IMG/VR virus record: IMGVR_UViG_2913167280_000009
Location: 1-28,277 of that record
DNA: 28,277 nt
Strand: one strand, 5' to 3'
From: a virus
Lineage: Duplodnaviria > Heunggongvirae > Uroviricota > Caudoviricetes
A program made the translations under genes and the position numbers. Below, piece by piece: positions 17,279 to 26,643 of the stretch (positions within the stretch are counted from its first letter, which is position 1; the number at the start of each line of letters is the position of its first letter). Below the pieces are notes generated by a model. The model was given only the letters and a program-made list of their open reading frames with translations. It was not told where the DNA came from and ran no database searches.

Positions 17279-17600
17279 GGCTGTTGTCCTCGTTGTTCAG
17301 TCGTTGCAGTCTGCGCTGCTCCAGTAATTCAATGGCCCGTTTATCCGCGTTACAGGTTTCCAGTGCATCCAGAAGGCGGTCTCCCCATATACCGAGGTTT
17401 CCCCAGGTGGGAGTATCAGGGAAGGGGGGAGGCGTTACCGGTATGGTCAGCGTCTGCGGTATAAGCCGGGCCGACTGCGCTGGCAGTGGCGTGTTCTGCG
17501 TGCCTGCGCAACCTGTCAGTAAAACGAGCGTCAGGCAAAGCGTGGGCGCATGCGTCTTTTGCAATATCGTTGCGTAGTTGTTCACGTCTGGCCTCTCCAT
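17265..17600 (-). CDS. lysC: LysC (Rz1-like outer-membrane lipoprotein spanin), embedded in the +1 frame of lysB
   Basis: Lipobox LLTGC after a hydrophobic stretch, Pro-rich mature region; overlaps lysB 3' end and R start. Start codon uncertain. Confidence 0.6.
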   Translation of the reverse strand: MERPDVNNYATILQKTHAPTLCLTLVLLTGCAGTQNTPLPAQSARLIPQTLTIPVTPPPFPDTPTWGNLGIWGDRLLDALETCNADKRAIELLEQRRLQRLNNEDNSHAEN

Positions 17601-17823
17601 CCTGATTGCGTTGCTGATTTTCCGCGCGGAGTTGTGCCAGCACCTGCTGCAGATCCTGTACCCCGGCGCTGATGATATTCAGGGTGTCGACGGTACTTTT
17701 CAGGGTGCTGGCCTGCGCTTCGTTTCTGGCGTTCTCCCGGCCCAGCGACCACGACAGACGCATGGATGTTCCCCATGCGGCAATCAGAAGGAAAGCGACA
17801 CCCAGCGTGGGCCAGAGCTTCAT
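17416..17823 (-). CDS. lysB: LysB (Rz-like inner-membrane spanin)
   Basis: Start at MKLWPTLGVAFLLIAAWG (N-terminal TM helix) then charged coiled-coil-like region; track ORF extends further upstream to 17967. Confidence 0.7.
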   Translation of the reverse strand: MKLWPTLGVAFLLIAAWGTSMRLSWSLGRENARNEAQASTLKSTVDTLNIISAGVQDLQQVLAQLRAENQQRNQDGEARREQLRNDIAKDACAHALPDARFTDRLRRHAEHATASAVGPAYTADADHTGNASPLP

Positions 17824-18212
17824 GCCGGATAGGCTCCGTGTGGTAACTGAAAATGCGGTCCGTCTTTCAGGGTCTTCCAGTCGCCGCCCCATTCCACCGG
17901 AATATTCAGTTCCCGGCTGGCCTGTCTGAATGCTGCTGCGATTTTTTCGTACAGCGGCCATTCCCATGACACCTGGCTGCCGATATAAGCTACAACATCC
18001 ACGGCATGCCCCGTAAGGTGGCGGCTGTTCATGGTCTGGCTCTTACCCGTGGCCACAAGTTGCTTCTGGCGGTAACGGCTGCGCAATCCTTCGGTGATAC
18101 CAAAATCCACTTCCGAGATTTCCAGTGCCCGTCGGGTCACTTTCACCAGATCAGGATTTACACCCTGCAAATTCTTTTCGCTCCGGCTGCTGAATTTAAA
18201 TGTGTTGCTCAT
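17820..18212 (-). CDS. Endolysin, peptidase M15 family (L-alanyl-D-glutamate or D-Ala-D-Ala peptidase type)
   Basis: 130 aa; zinc-binding motif SRHLTGHAVDV (H-x6-D) and downstream His; sits at the lysis-cassette position of P2 K but is not lysozyme-like. Confidence 0.8.
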   Translation of the reverse strand: MSNTFKFSSRSEKNLQGVNPDLVKVTRRALEISEVDFGITEGLRSRYRQKQLVATGKSQTMNSRHLTGHAVDVVAYIGSQVSWEWPLYEKIAAAFRQASRELNIPVEWGGDWKTLKDGPHFQLPHGAYPA

Positions 18213-18532
18213 TCGTCCTTCTCCTTCACCCTGCGATTAAAGGCCGCAATAACCTTGTCGCGTGCTTTCTCTGCACCCATAAAACCGATTGATGCGCCGA
18301 TAAACGTCACGGCATCTTCAGGAAACCCGAAGAAGCGCAACGACCCGGCCACGGCCATGGCAAGAACGCCGCACGCCAGCGATCCCGTTACGGTCTGAAC
18401 CAGTGTTCGTCCGTCATAAAGACTCATCAGCGCGGAAATGCTGACCGCCGCGCCTACTGCATACACCGTTGGCAGGTGGTCAAAGAGCCACGCAATAACC
18501 TGCTCTGTGATCCCTGTTTGAATGGTGCTCAC
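18209..18532 (-). CDS. Holin (putative)
   Basis: About 108 aa from GTG at 18532 (RBS GGGGGAG); two to three hydrophobic helices and a charged C-terminus (KARDKVIAAFNRRVKEKDE); position between X and endolysin. Confidence 0.65.
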   Translation of the reverse strand: MSTIQTGITEQVIAWLFDHLPTVYAVGAAVSISALMSLYDGRTLVQTVTGSLACGVLAMAVAGSLRFFGFPEDAVTFIGASIGFMGAEKARDKVIAAFNRRVKEKDE

Positions 18533-18534
18533 CG

Positions 18535-18741
18535 CTACTCCCCCCACAACTGAATCATTTCTCGTTTCTTCTTCTCCGGCTCCGGCATCTCCACTTCCTG
18601 CCCGGCGTTCAGAAATACCTGCTGACAGAGTCCTGGGTTGGCATCCAGCACCTTTTCGGTGACGCCCTGCGTCGTGCCGTAGTACCGGAAACAGAGCGAA
18701 TCCACGGTGTCGCCTGCCAGTGCTTTCACTTTCATCAGCAC
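18535..18741 (-). CDS. X: Tail protein X (LysM-like)
   Basis: 68 aa; MLMKVKALAGDTVDSLCFRYYGTTQGVTEKVLDANPGL matches P2 gpX (ALQGDTLDAICVRYYGRTEGVVETVLAANPGL). Confidence 0.85.
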   Translation of the reverse strand: MLMKVKALAGDTVDSLCFRYYGTTQGVTEKVLDANPGLCQQVFLNAGQEVEMPEPEKKKREMIQLWGE

Positions 18742-19229
18742 AGCTCCGCAAACATTCGTGGCCTTCCCAGAATGTCAGAGATGGCCCAGCTCACATCGCG
18801 CCACAGGTCCGCAGCCTGTGCGTCCAGTGCATCTGCCCGGCGCTCGCCCTTATCCGTTGTGTCCGCATCGCGGTAACGCTCCAGAATCAGGGCACGGGTG
18901 GCGGTATAAACCGCATTGCGCCAGTGCCAGAGATTGACGCTTTCTCCGTTAATTAATGGCGCCGGGACATCGGCCAGTGTTTCATGTCCGGCTGCCTGCT
19001 GTTCCTGCTGCCACGCTTCCAGCTCACGGGTAACGTGGGCCACCGCCCCGGTGGCGGTATGCAGCAGGCGGGAGGTGGTCACGCGGCCCGGCAGTCGTAC
19101 CGCCAGACGCAGCTCACGCAGCACAATATCCGGCCAGAATGCCCCCGCAGAAATACGGGTATCGCCATCATCGGTATCAGTGATGTCATCCTCTGCGGGG
19201 CGGGTTTCGGTTCTGGCAACCATACTCAT
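18735..19229 (-). CDS. L: Head completion/stabilisation protein L
   Basis: Position between terminase small subunit and X; start at MSMVAR with AGGAG RBS 8 nt upstream. Confidence 0.8.
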   Translation of the reverse strand: MSMVARTETRPAEDDITDTDDGDTRISAGAFWPDIVLRELRLAVRLPGRVTTSRLLHTATGAVAHVTRELEAWQQEQQAAGHETLADVPAPLINGESVNLWHWRNAVYTATRALILERYRDADTTDKGERRADALDAQAADLWRDVSWAISDILGRPRMFAELC

Positions 19230-19330
19230 GGGGTTCACTCCTGAAAAAATCGGGCGGTGGGTGCGTGGTGTAAACGGCCACGGAGTCAAACCGGAACACC
19301 GCGCACGCCGCCCGCTGACGGGGTCAGTCG

Positions 19331-20128
19331 TTAACCGCGCTTCGCCTTCTGCGTCGCGGTGGTTTTTCGTGTTGCAGGCTTCCGCGTTGTCTTTTTACTT
19401 TTGCTGCTTTTGTCCTGCGCCTGCTGTGCGCTGGCAACTGGTGCGGCTGCGGAATCGGCTTTTTTCAGGGCGCGGGAAAGGGTTGCAATCTCGCGTTTCA
19501 CACCTGCGTTCGGGTTCAGGTGCATCGCTTCGCGCAGCAGCTTCAGTGATAAGGCCATGTTGTCTGCATCGGTCAGACCACGACGGGCAAAGGCGCACGC
19601 CTTGCATAATTTGGCGCGCACTTCGTCCGGCATGTCCTGGTCGGTGACAATCTCCCGGAGGGTGTCCAGTGGTTCGATAAAGGCGGACAAATCCGCGTCG
19701 GCATCCGTCCCGGCCTGCGTCAGTACCGGATTGCAGATTTCTTCGGTCAGAACCGTGGCAGCAGTACGGCCAAAGTTATCCGGCATGATGAGGTTGTGAC
19801 GGACCACATACGCACCAATACGCAGCGCCAGCGGAAGATCGCCGCAGTCAATCGCCCACACCATCAGCGTGGCAATCACTTCATCCTGCTGCCCGCCGTC
19901 AGCCTCCAGCGTTCCCTCAATCCAGCCGGAAAAATCCGGCAACAACTCTTTTTTGATGGCGGCTTTCGCGCTTCTGGCCTGTACGCCCTTAAGCCGGGCC
20001 TGTGCCAGACGCAGACGATACAGCACCTCTTCATGCGCGGTACGCGCAGCGTGGTCCACGCCTTCATTCGCCCGGCCCGCGCGCTGTGCCATCACGTTCT
20101 GCCAGTGTTGCTGTGCAGGAGTAATCAT
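19331..20128 (-). CDS. M: Terminase small (endonuclease) subunit M
   Basis: 265 aa with basic Lys/Thr-rich C-terminal tail; downstream of capsid gene as in P2. Confidence 0.85.
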   Translation of the reverse strand: MITPAQQHWQNVMAQRAGRANEGVDHAARTAHEEVLYRLRLAQARLKGVQARSAKAAIKKELLPDFSGWIEGTLEADGGQQDEVIATLMVWAIDCGDLPLALRIGAYVVRHNLIMPDNFGRTAATVLTEEICNPVLTQAGTDADADLSAFIEPLDTLREIVTDQDMPDEVRAKLCKACAFARRGLTDADNMALSLKLLREAMHLNPNAGVKREIATLSRALKKADSAAAPVASAQQAQDKSSKSKKTTRKPATRKTTATQKAKRG

Positions 20129-20173
20129 TTTTTCTCTCCGTTACAGGCGGGCATGATGCCCGCCGTGAGTTGA

Positions 20174-21226
20174 TTATCTGTCGGCGAACTTCAGGCCAGT
20201 GACCATCGCGCACTTGCCATAGTCTTCAACGACATAAGCGTCATTGATGGACTGGTAGGTGGCGATGCGGTTGTATTCCGGTTCGTCTTTCATCAGACGA
20301 CGCATTGAACCTTTCTGCCAGTAAATCGACAGGTTGTTGAACGAGGTGATCAGCATCGTTGAATCCGGGAAGAACGGCGCAAGGAACACGCCCAGCCCGC
20401 CAATGGTGCGCGATGACAGAATGAGCTGCCCGGCGAGTAATTCCGCATTGGGATTCTGGCCGCTGATGCTGTTCAGCACGGGCAGACGCAGCGAGTTAAA
20501 CAGGTTGCGCCCCATAATCACCACGAGGTCGTCAGCTTCCTTGTGCCATTCATCCAGCAGGGATGAGCGCGCGTCCTGTACCAGTGCATCAGCGTTCGCA
20601 TACTTACCCGCGTGCGCCACGGTGTTGTCCATGTTACGGGAGGTCAGCGTCACGTCATTCATAACGCGTTCGCTGGCGTCGGTTCTGATGTGCTCCAGCC
20701 ACCCCACGTTAACGTCCTGAAGCAACTTGTTGGTGCTGAAGTTGGACTCATCCGCGTGAGACGTGCCGTTGAAACCGATCATGATGCGGTCAAGCGCCAC
20801 CTGTCGGGCAATCTGTGCGCTGATGCGGGACTGAAAATCGCTGTGTGCCGACCAGGCATCAAGCTGCGGATACGAAATAAACGTGTCGTAGTTCACCTGT
20901 TCGCACTGGTATTTGCGGTTTTTCAGATCAACCACGTTATTCGGGTTACGGCGTTTTGTTCCGTCATAACTGGTATTCGTGCGCGCAATCGGTCCTGTGG
21001 TATCCAGGAGGATTTTTTCGCCCTTCTGGTCGGTCACGCCGATCACGTTAATTCTTTTTGTAAATTCGGTGCTTTCCTTTGAGGCGTTTTCAAAACGCTG
21101 CTGTACCGAGGGTTCCACGGTAAATCGCGATACCAGTGCGGAAACCGGGATATTGTTAAGCGACGCCTGCTGCGCCATATAGCAACCCAGCTTGTTGCGG
21201 GTAATATCTGACATCACCAGATTCAT
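20174..21226 (-). CDS. N: Major capsid protein N
   Basis: 350 aa, size and position as P2 gpN (357 aa). Confidence 0.95.
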   Translation of the reverse strand: MNLVMSDITRNKLGCYMAQQASLNNIPVSALVSRFTVEPSVQQRFENASKESTEFTKRINVIGVTDQKGEKILLDTTGPIARTNTSYDGTKRRNPNNVVDLKNRKYQCEQVNYDTFISYPQLDAWSAHSDFQSRISAQIARQVALDRIMIGFNGTSHADESNFSTNKLLQDVNVGWLEHIRTDASERVMNDVTLTSRNMDNTVAHAGKYANADALVQDARSSLLDEWHKEADDLVVIMGRNLFNSLRLPVLNSISGQNPNAELLAGQLILSSRTIGGLGVFLAPFFPDSTMLITSFNNLSIYWQKGSMRRLMKDEPEYNRIATYQSINDAYVVEDYGKCAMVTGLKFADR

Positions 21227-21249
21227 AAAAAATTTGCTCCTTTGTCTTA

Positions 21250-22086
21250 TCAGAAGTCAGCCAGCTGGTCGGAGGCTGCGCCTGTTGCGGTGAACCGGTT
21301 CTGCGGATCGCCGTCCTGCGTGCGCAGTTTTTCCTTCAGTTCTGCCAGCTCTGTGGTCAGTAAAGTGATTTTCTGGCTGTCCTGCTGATGGCGGGTTTCC
21401 AGCACATTAAAACGGTCGATAATGTCGGCCTGTGACGTTGCGACACCTTCCACCGCTTCCTGAATACGGGAGAAACTGGCGTCATCCGCTTTGCGGCCAC
21501 GGCCAATAATCCCCATAACGCGGTTAAACCACTGGGTGCCTTCCTCCTGACGTTGTTCGGTGAGTTCGATAAGTTCTGACTCCATAGCGGCGGTAAACAT
21601 CGCCACGTCTCCCTGCTGACAGTTGAATGTCATCAGTTGCATACGTTGTTGTGCCGCAAAGGCCAGACGTTCCGTGCCCAGGCTGGCGGGGGTGTCGGTC
21701 ATTGCCAGCCCGCGCAGGTAAGGGCCTCCCGTGATGGTTGACTGTGGTTCCAGCTCAATACTGGAGTAAATTTTTTTACCATCGTTAAGCAGGGACATCA
21801 TGCGAGCGGTCGGCTCAATTTCGGCATACAGTGCCGTGCGACCTGCCAGCGGGCCATCGGTTATGTCTTCGGTGCTCAACCCCACAACATCGCCCATAGC
21901 GGAAAACTCGCTACCGGGGAGTGGTGACAGGATGTGCTCAATATTCACACGTGCACCATAAACGGACGGGTTATAACTGGTGGCGGCAGCTTTCAGCATG
22001 TCGCCGTTGATTTCGCGCCCGTCTGCCGTTACACCGGAGACAGCCACGCGAAACTTTTTGCGGGTTGTTGATTTTTCATTAGCCAT
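21250..22086 (-). CDS. O: Capsid scaffolding protein O
   Basis: Position divergent from P and upstream of N; start chosen at MANEKSTTRKKF (track ORF extends to 22119). Confidence 0.85.
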   Translation of the reverse strand: MANEKSTTRKKFRVAVSGVTADGREINGDMLKAAATSYNPSVYGARVNIEHILSPLPGSEFSAMGDVVGLSTEDITDGPLAGRTALYAEIEPTARMMSLLNDGKKIYSSIELEPQSTITGGPYLRGLAMTDTPASLGTERLAFAAQQRMQLMTFNCQQGDVAMFTAAMESELIELTEQRQEEGTQWFNRVMGIIGRGRKADDASFSRIQEAVEGVATSQADIIDRFNVLETRHQQDSQKITLLTTELAELKEKLRTQDGDPQNRFTATGAASDQLADF

Positions 22087-22240
22087 AGTTTTTGCCCCTC
22101 TGACTGGTCCTTCAGTCATGATGGCAAAGCGTAACAGGCTGATACAAAGGGCTTTTGTTGTAAGAAAACAGTCAGAACAGGGGGTTAAGGAGAACGGTTT
22201 CGCGCGCGGGTAATCTTCCTGTAATTACTCAGGGGGAGCA

Positions 22241-23992
22241 ATGATTCAGGACGCTTTTGTGCGCCAGCGTGCGCGACAACTTTACTGGCAGGGTTATCCG
22301 CCCGCAGAAATATCACGTCTGATGGGAATAAACCCGAACACGATTTATGCGTGGAAAAAACGCGACCAGTGGGATGAAACGCCACCCGTGCAGCGTGTCA
22401 CGCAGTCCATCGATGCGCGCCTCATCCAGCTCACTGAAAAACAGAATAAAACAGGTGGTGACTTCAAGGAAATAGACCTGCTGACCCGGCAGCTTAAAAA
22501 ACTGCATGATGGCCAGCCGGATGCGACGGCCACAGGAAAGAAAGGCCGGGCGAAAAAACTCAAAAATCATTTCACGCCGGAACAGATTGCCGCACTGCGG
22601 GAAAAAATCATCAGCAGGCTGGAGTGGCATCAGCGGGGCTGGTTTGACTCCCTGACCCTTTGCAGGGAAGCCGGGATACGTAACAGGATGATCCTGAAAT
22701 CCCGACAGATTGGGGCGACCTGGTATTTTGCACAGGAAGCTCTGCTGATGGCGCTGCGTGACGATGTGGCGCAACCTTACCAGCGTAACCAGATTTTTTT
22801 GTCTGCGTCGCGTCGTCAGGCGTTCCAGTTTAAAAGCATTATTCAGAAGGCCGCGGCTGAAGTTGATGTGGAGCTGAAAGGGGGCGATAAAATCATCCTC
22901 TCCAACGGCGCAGAGCTGCATTTTCTCGGCACTTCTGCTGCGTCGGCACAGTCCTATACGGGCAATTTTTATTTTGATGAATTTTTCTGGGTCAGTCGCT
23001 TTGCTGAACTGCGCAAGGTAGCTGGCGCTATGGCAACCCTCAGCGGACTGCGGCGCACCTACTTCTCCACGCCATCCACCGAAACGCACGAGGCATACGC
23101 CTACTGGAACGGCGACCGCTGGAACGAGAAAAAGGCCTCGCATAAACGCCAGCGTTTTTCTGTGGACTGGAAAACGCTGCATAACGGGCTTATCTGCCCT
23201 GACCGGACGTGGCGGCAAATTGTCACGCTGGAAGATGTGGTTAATCACGGCTGGAAACACACCGATATTGACGAAATCCGTGATGAAAACACCGAAGACG
23301 AGTTCCTCAATCTCTATATGTGTGAGTTTGTTCGCGAAGGGGAATCGGCATTTAACCTGAATATCCTGATTGGCTGCGGTGTTGACGGATACGACGACTG
23401 GAAAGACTGGAAACCTTTTGCTCCCCGCCCGATGGGGAATCGTCCGGTATGGATTGGGTATGACGCAAACGGCAGCAGTGGCAACGGCGACAGCGGCGCT
23501 GTGTCCGTGGTGGTTCCTCCGGCTGTTCCTGGTGGCCGTTTTCGAACGGTGGAGACGCGACGCGTTCAGGGGCTGGAGTTTGAAGAACAGGCCAGAGTCA
23601 TTGAAGAGTTCACGTGTCGCTACAACGTGGAACACATCGGCATTGATGTGACGGGCGGGAACGGGGAGGCTGTTTATCAGATAGTGAAGCGGTTTTTCCC
23701 TGCTGCTATTCCGTACACCTTCACGCTGTCATCCAAACGGTCGCTGGTACTGAAAATGCTGCAAATAATGCGTGCCGGACGGTGGGAATATGATCGTGCC
23801 GAACGCGAGCTGGTCGCGGCCTTTAACGCCGTGCGTAAGGTGAAAACACCGGGCGGCTTTATCACTTACGAAACGGACCGCGCGAGGGGGATCAGCCACG
23901 GCGACCTTGCGTGGGCAACCATGCTTGCTGTCATTAACGAACCGATTGGCGGCGAAGGAGAAAACGAGCGTTTCACGGTTATGGAGTTCTGA
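22241..23992 (+). CDS. P: Terminase large (ATPase) subunit P
   Basis: 583 aa; size, divergent position from O and adjacency to portal as P2 gpP. Confidence 0.95.
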   Translation: MIQDAFVRQRARQLYWQGYPPAEISRLMGINPNTIYAWKKRDQWDETPPVQRVTQSIDARLIQLTEKQNKTGGDFKEIDLLTRQLKKLHDGQPDATATGKKGRAKKLKNHFTPEQIAALREKIISRLEWHQRGWFDSLTLCREAGIRNRMILKSRQIGATWYFAQEALLMALRDDVAQPYQRNQIFLSASRRQAFQFKSIIQKAAAEVDVELKGGDKIILSNGAELHFLGTSAASAQSYTGNFYFDEFFWVSRFAELRKVAGAMATLSGLRRTYFSTPSTETHEAYAYWNGDRWNEKKASHKRQRFSVDWKTLHNGLICPDRTWRQIVTLEDVVNHGWKHTDIDEIRDENTEDEFLNLYMCEFVREGESAFNLNILIGCGVDGYDDWKDWKPFAPRPMGNRPVWIGYDANGSSGNGDSGAVSVVVPPAVPGGRFRTVETRRVQGLEFEEQARVIEEFTCRYNVEHIGIDVTGGNGEAVYQIVKRFFPAAIPYTFTLSSKRSLVLKMLQIMRAGRWEYDRAERELVAAFNAVRKVKTPGGFITYETDRARGISHGDLAWATMLAVINEPIGGEGENERFTVMEF

Positions 23993-25038
23993 TGAGCAGA
24001 AAAAATAAAAAAGTGCGCATGAGTTCACGCATTGATCTCTCTGATGCGCTCAGGAAAGAATCGTCGCTCAGCGCGTTCACATTTGACGGCCCTTACCGCC
24101 TGACCGGGCATGACCTGCTGGATAATATGTACTGTGCTGATAACGGGCGGTGGTATGAAACCCCGGTGGACTGGTACGGTCTGGCAAGAGCTGCCCGGCA
24201 AACGTCCTGGCATCAGTCTGCGCTTTACTTTAAGCGCAATGTATTGCTCGGTTGCTATATTCCGCACCCGCTGCTTTCCCGGCAGGATTTCTCGGCGCTG
24301 GCGCTGGACTGGTTTGTGTTCGGTAACGCATTCCTTGAGCTTCGAAGCAATATGCTCGGCGAACCGCTTAAATTACGGCACGCCCTGGCGAAATACATGC
24401 GACGCGGAAGCGATCTTGAATCATGGTGGTATGTGCAGGATGGTAAGGACGCGTTTCAGTTTCGCCCTGGCAAAGTGTGCCACCTGATGAATCCTGACAT
24501 TAACCAGGAAATCTACGGCATGCCGGAATATCTCGGCGCATTACTCTCGGCCAGCCTGTCTCATTCGGCGGACATGTTCAGAAAACTGTATTACGACAAC
24601 GGATCCCACGCCGGGTGCATCATCTACATCGGTGCAGCGCAGGTAAACCGCGAAAGCATGGACTCCCTGAAAGAAACGCTACAGGGTGCACGTGGTGGTG
24701 GTGCGTTTAAAAACGTGCTCATTCATGCGCCCAACGGGGGCAAAGAGGGGGTGCAAATTTTGCCGTTCCAGCAGATCACCGCAAAGGATGAGTTCATGAA
24801 TGTTAAGGCGGCATCCCGTGATGATGTGCTGGCTGCGCACCGCGTTCCGCCGCAATTGATGGGGGCGATGCCGGGTGAAAAAAGTGCGTTTGGTGATGTG
24901 GAGAAGGCCGCGCGGGTTTACGCAATTAACGAGCTGATGCCTGTCATGGAGGCCATGAAGCACATCAATGACTGGCTTGGCGAAGAGGTGATCCGCTTTA
25001 ATCCTTACGCACTGCTGGACACCCAGCCCACATCCTGA
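23992..25038 (+). CDS. Q: Portal (capsid vertex) protein Q
   Basis: 348 aa; size and position immediately after P as P2 gpQ. Confidence 0.95.
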   Translation: MSRKNKKVRMSSRIDLSDALRKESSLSAFTFDGPYRLTGHDLLDNMYCADNGRWYETPVDWYGLARAARQTSWHQSALYFKRNVLLGCYIPHPLLSRQDFSALALDWFVFGNAFLELRSNMLGEPLKLRHALAKYMRRGSDLESWWYVQDGKDAFQFRPGKVCHLMNPDINQEIYGMPEYLGALLSASLSHSADMFRKLYYDNGSHAGCIIYIGAAQVNRESMDSLKETLQGARGGGAFKNVLIHAPNGGKEGVQILPFQQITAKDEFMNVKAASRDDVLAAHRVPPQLMGAMPGEKSAFGDVEKAARVYAINELMPVMEAMKHINDWLGEEVIRFNPYALLDTQPTS

Positions 25039-25061
25039 CGCGCTTCGCTTGTCTGCTGCTT

Positions 25062-25088
25062 CGCCGGGGCATAAAAAATTTATGCCCC
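25062..25088. terminator. Hairpin (GGGGCATAAA...TTTATGCCCC) between convergent Q (+) and the downstream - strand ORF
   Basis: Perfect 10-bp arms around an AT-rich centre; located between two convergent stop codons. Confidence 0.5.
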
Positions 25089-25104
25089 GACTCTTCAGCT
25101 CTGC

Positions 25105-25809
25105 TTAACGAAGTGCTGATGGCGCTCGCTTTTTCAGGTGATTAGCGATGTGCTTTTTCATGTGCATAACAACATCGCCCCAGGCTTCTTCGCTGGGTTT
25201 ATTGATAAATACGCGAACAGAAATATCGTCTTCCACCCGGACTCTCAGAGACACCCGTTCCGCATCTACTGAATATAATTCAAGTGCAATAACCACGCTT
25301 ACCGGGTAGCTGCTGTCAGATGACTTAACCCAGGTTCGCACGGCCATGCGGAAAATATTGTCTGGTGCAGATGCGATATTGTGGACTGAAAGAGGCCTAA
25401 AATCCGCCGCTGTCTTACATGGCAAGCCTGTCTCCACGTAGCGGTGCAGGTCGCCATCATCGTCTTTCCAGTACATGGATGGAAGCCCCAGCCATTCTTC
25501 ATAGAAATCAATCAGCCTTGCTGCTTCATCCCGCAAAATTTGAGCTGCCTCAGCGCGTTTTTCTTCAGCTTCACGATTGATCTGGCATAAATCATTAAAG
25601 TGGCTCATGACATTATCCTCTTTTGAGTTGATGCCTGCCGCTATTCTGACTTTGCCCGGGTTCTCCTGCAAGCTGGTTATTCCTTCAGATAATTTCACAA
25701 CATCTCCAACCTTGTAGCCATCATCGCCGGGCGGGTGCTTACGCAACCCCGCAACTCTGACGACATATTCTCGCTGCCTCAGTGCGATTTTGACGGCCTT
25801 ACCTTTCAC
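25105..25809 (-). CDS. Hypothetical protein (accessory cargo); alternative start at 25608 (MSHF, RBS GAGGA) would give 167 aa
   Basis: Open frame of 234 aa from GTG at 25809; no family recognised; lower GC than the structural genes. Confidence 0.5.
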   Translation of the reverse strand: MKGKAVKIALRQREYVVRVAGLRKHPPGDDGYKVGDVVKLSEGITSLQENPGKVRIAAGINSKEDNVMSHFNDLCQINREAEEKRAEAAQILRDEAARLIDFYEEWLGLPSMYWKDDDGDLHRYVETGLPCKTAADFRPLSVHNIASAPDNIFRMAVRTWVKSSDSSYPVSVVIALELYSVDAERVSLRVRVEDDISVRVFINKPSEEAWGDVVMHMKKHIANHLKKRAPSALR

Positions 25810-25839
25810 CCCATCAAATCAGAATCCCTCACGTATTTT

Positions 25840-26089
25840 TCACGCTCAGCGTGAGAAATATGGCCATTCTGTTGTGTCGCTGCGACATCGTTCAGGGAAT
25901 GCTATTTACCCCCTGAAACGCGGGCTGTTCCCCCGTCACCTGCGCGCAGAAAAAACGCGTTTTTTTGTGCACGCACGGATCCTTGACGGATCCAGCTGCC
26001 ACGCGGGCCGGAAGGGCAAAAAGTCGTTCAAAAAAATTGTGCAAATTTGTGCACTATTGTGCAGCAGGGCGATGCGCGATTATCGCCCT
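25840..26089. promoter_or_regulatory. Operator-rich intergenic region: palindromes TCACGCT-C-AGCGTGA (25840-25854), TGTCGC-T-GCGACA (25875-25887), AAAAAACGCGTTTTTT (25950-25965), paired GGATCC sites (25977-25993), three TTGTGCA repeats at exact 10-bp period (26037-26063), inverted repeat AGGGCGAT-N8-ATCGCCCT (26066-26089)
   Basis: All read directly from the sequence; lies between the stop of the 179-aa ORF and the start of the 234-aa ORF. Confidence 0.5.
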
Positions 26090-26103
26090 GGTTTGAGAGG
26101 AAA

Positions 26104-26643
26104 TTAGGTGTTCTTTTTACCTTCTGTCAGTGGGCATAACCATCCACTATTTACATCACTTAGCTGATGCGTTCTTTCCTCGTGCTTCTCCTGCCACAAT
26201 GCTTTTCCGCCAGCCTTTATGATGGCTCTTTCAACATCCCGCTCGTATCGCAAGGGCTGAAATACGTTATTAATGAAATATTCGCTTATGTCCGAAAGCA
26301 ATACTGCAAAATTATTGGTTTGTTGCGCCGTTCGGCTATGCAGCAAAGCGGCATACTTTAATGCGTCCTGTGCTTTCTGGAATTTAAGTGCATGGTCAGT
26401 TGCGATTTTTTCCAGTTCAGCGATGCGCTTTTTTGCTGTTTCCAGTTCATCCAGCAGTGCCAGCATGTCTTCCGGTCCAGCCAGAAGTCTGAAGGTGTTG
26501 ATCGCGTCAATATCCACACCGCAATCTTTAAGTTCCTGTTCGCTTAACAAATCATCATCAACTGGCAATATTAACAGGCGTTCCATTGCCGGAATTGCCC
26601 GTTCTGCTGCCATTTGTAGTGCCTGATAGTCAATCTTGCTCAC
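26104..26643 (-). CDS. Hypothetical protein (acidic, helical); co-transcribed with upstream ORF
   Basis: 179 aa; start overlaps the stop of the preceding ORF (ATGA coupling); no family recognised with confidence. Confidence 0.5.
   Translation of the reverse strand: MSKIDYQALQMAAERAIPAMERLLILPVDDDLLSEQELKDCGVDIDAINTFRLLAGPEDMLALLDELETAKKRIAELEKIATDHALKFQKAQDALKYAALLHSRTAQQTNNFAVLLSDISEYFINNVFQPLRYERDVERAIIKAGGKALWQEKHEERTHQLSDVNSGWLCPLTEGKKNT

Noticed and set aside
18916-19647. 243-aa + strand ORF antisense to genes L and M
   Set aside because: Arg/Ser/Cys-rich low-complexity translation typical of antisense reading of GC-rich genes; L and M are well supported.
22313-23635. 440-aa - strand ORF antisense to terminase large subunit P
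   Set aside because: Despite its length the translation is Arg/Phe-rich nonsense with no motifs, whereas the + strand frame is clearly terminase.
25790-26107. 105-aa + strand ORF spanning the operator-rich intergenic region
   Set aside because: Covers the entire palindrome and repeat cluster, has no RBS, and its translation is Arg/His-rich low complexity; more likely regulatory DNA. Low-confidence rejection.
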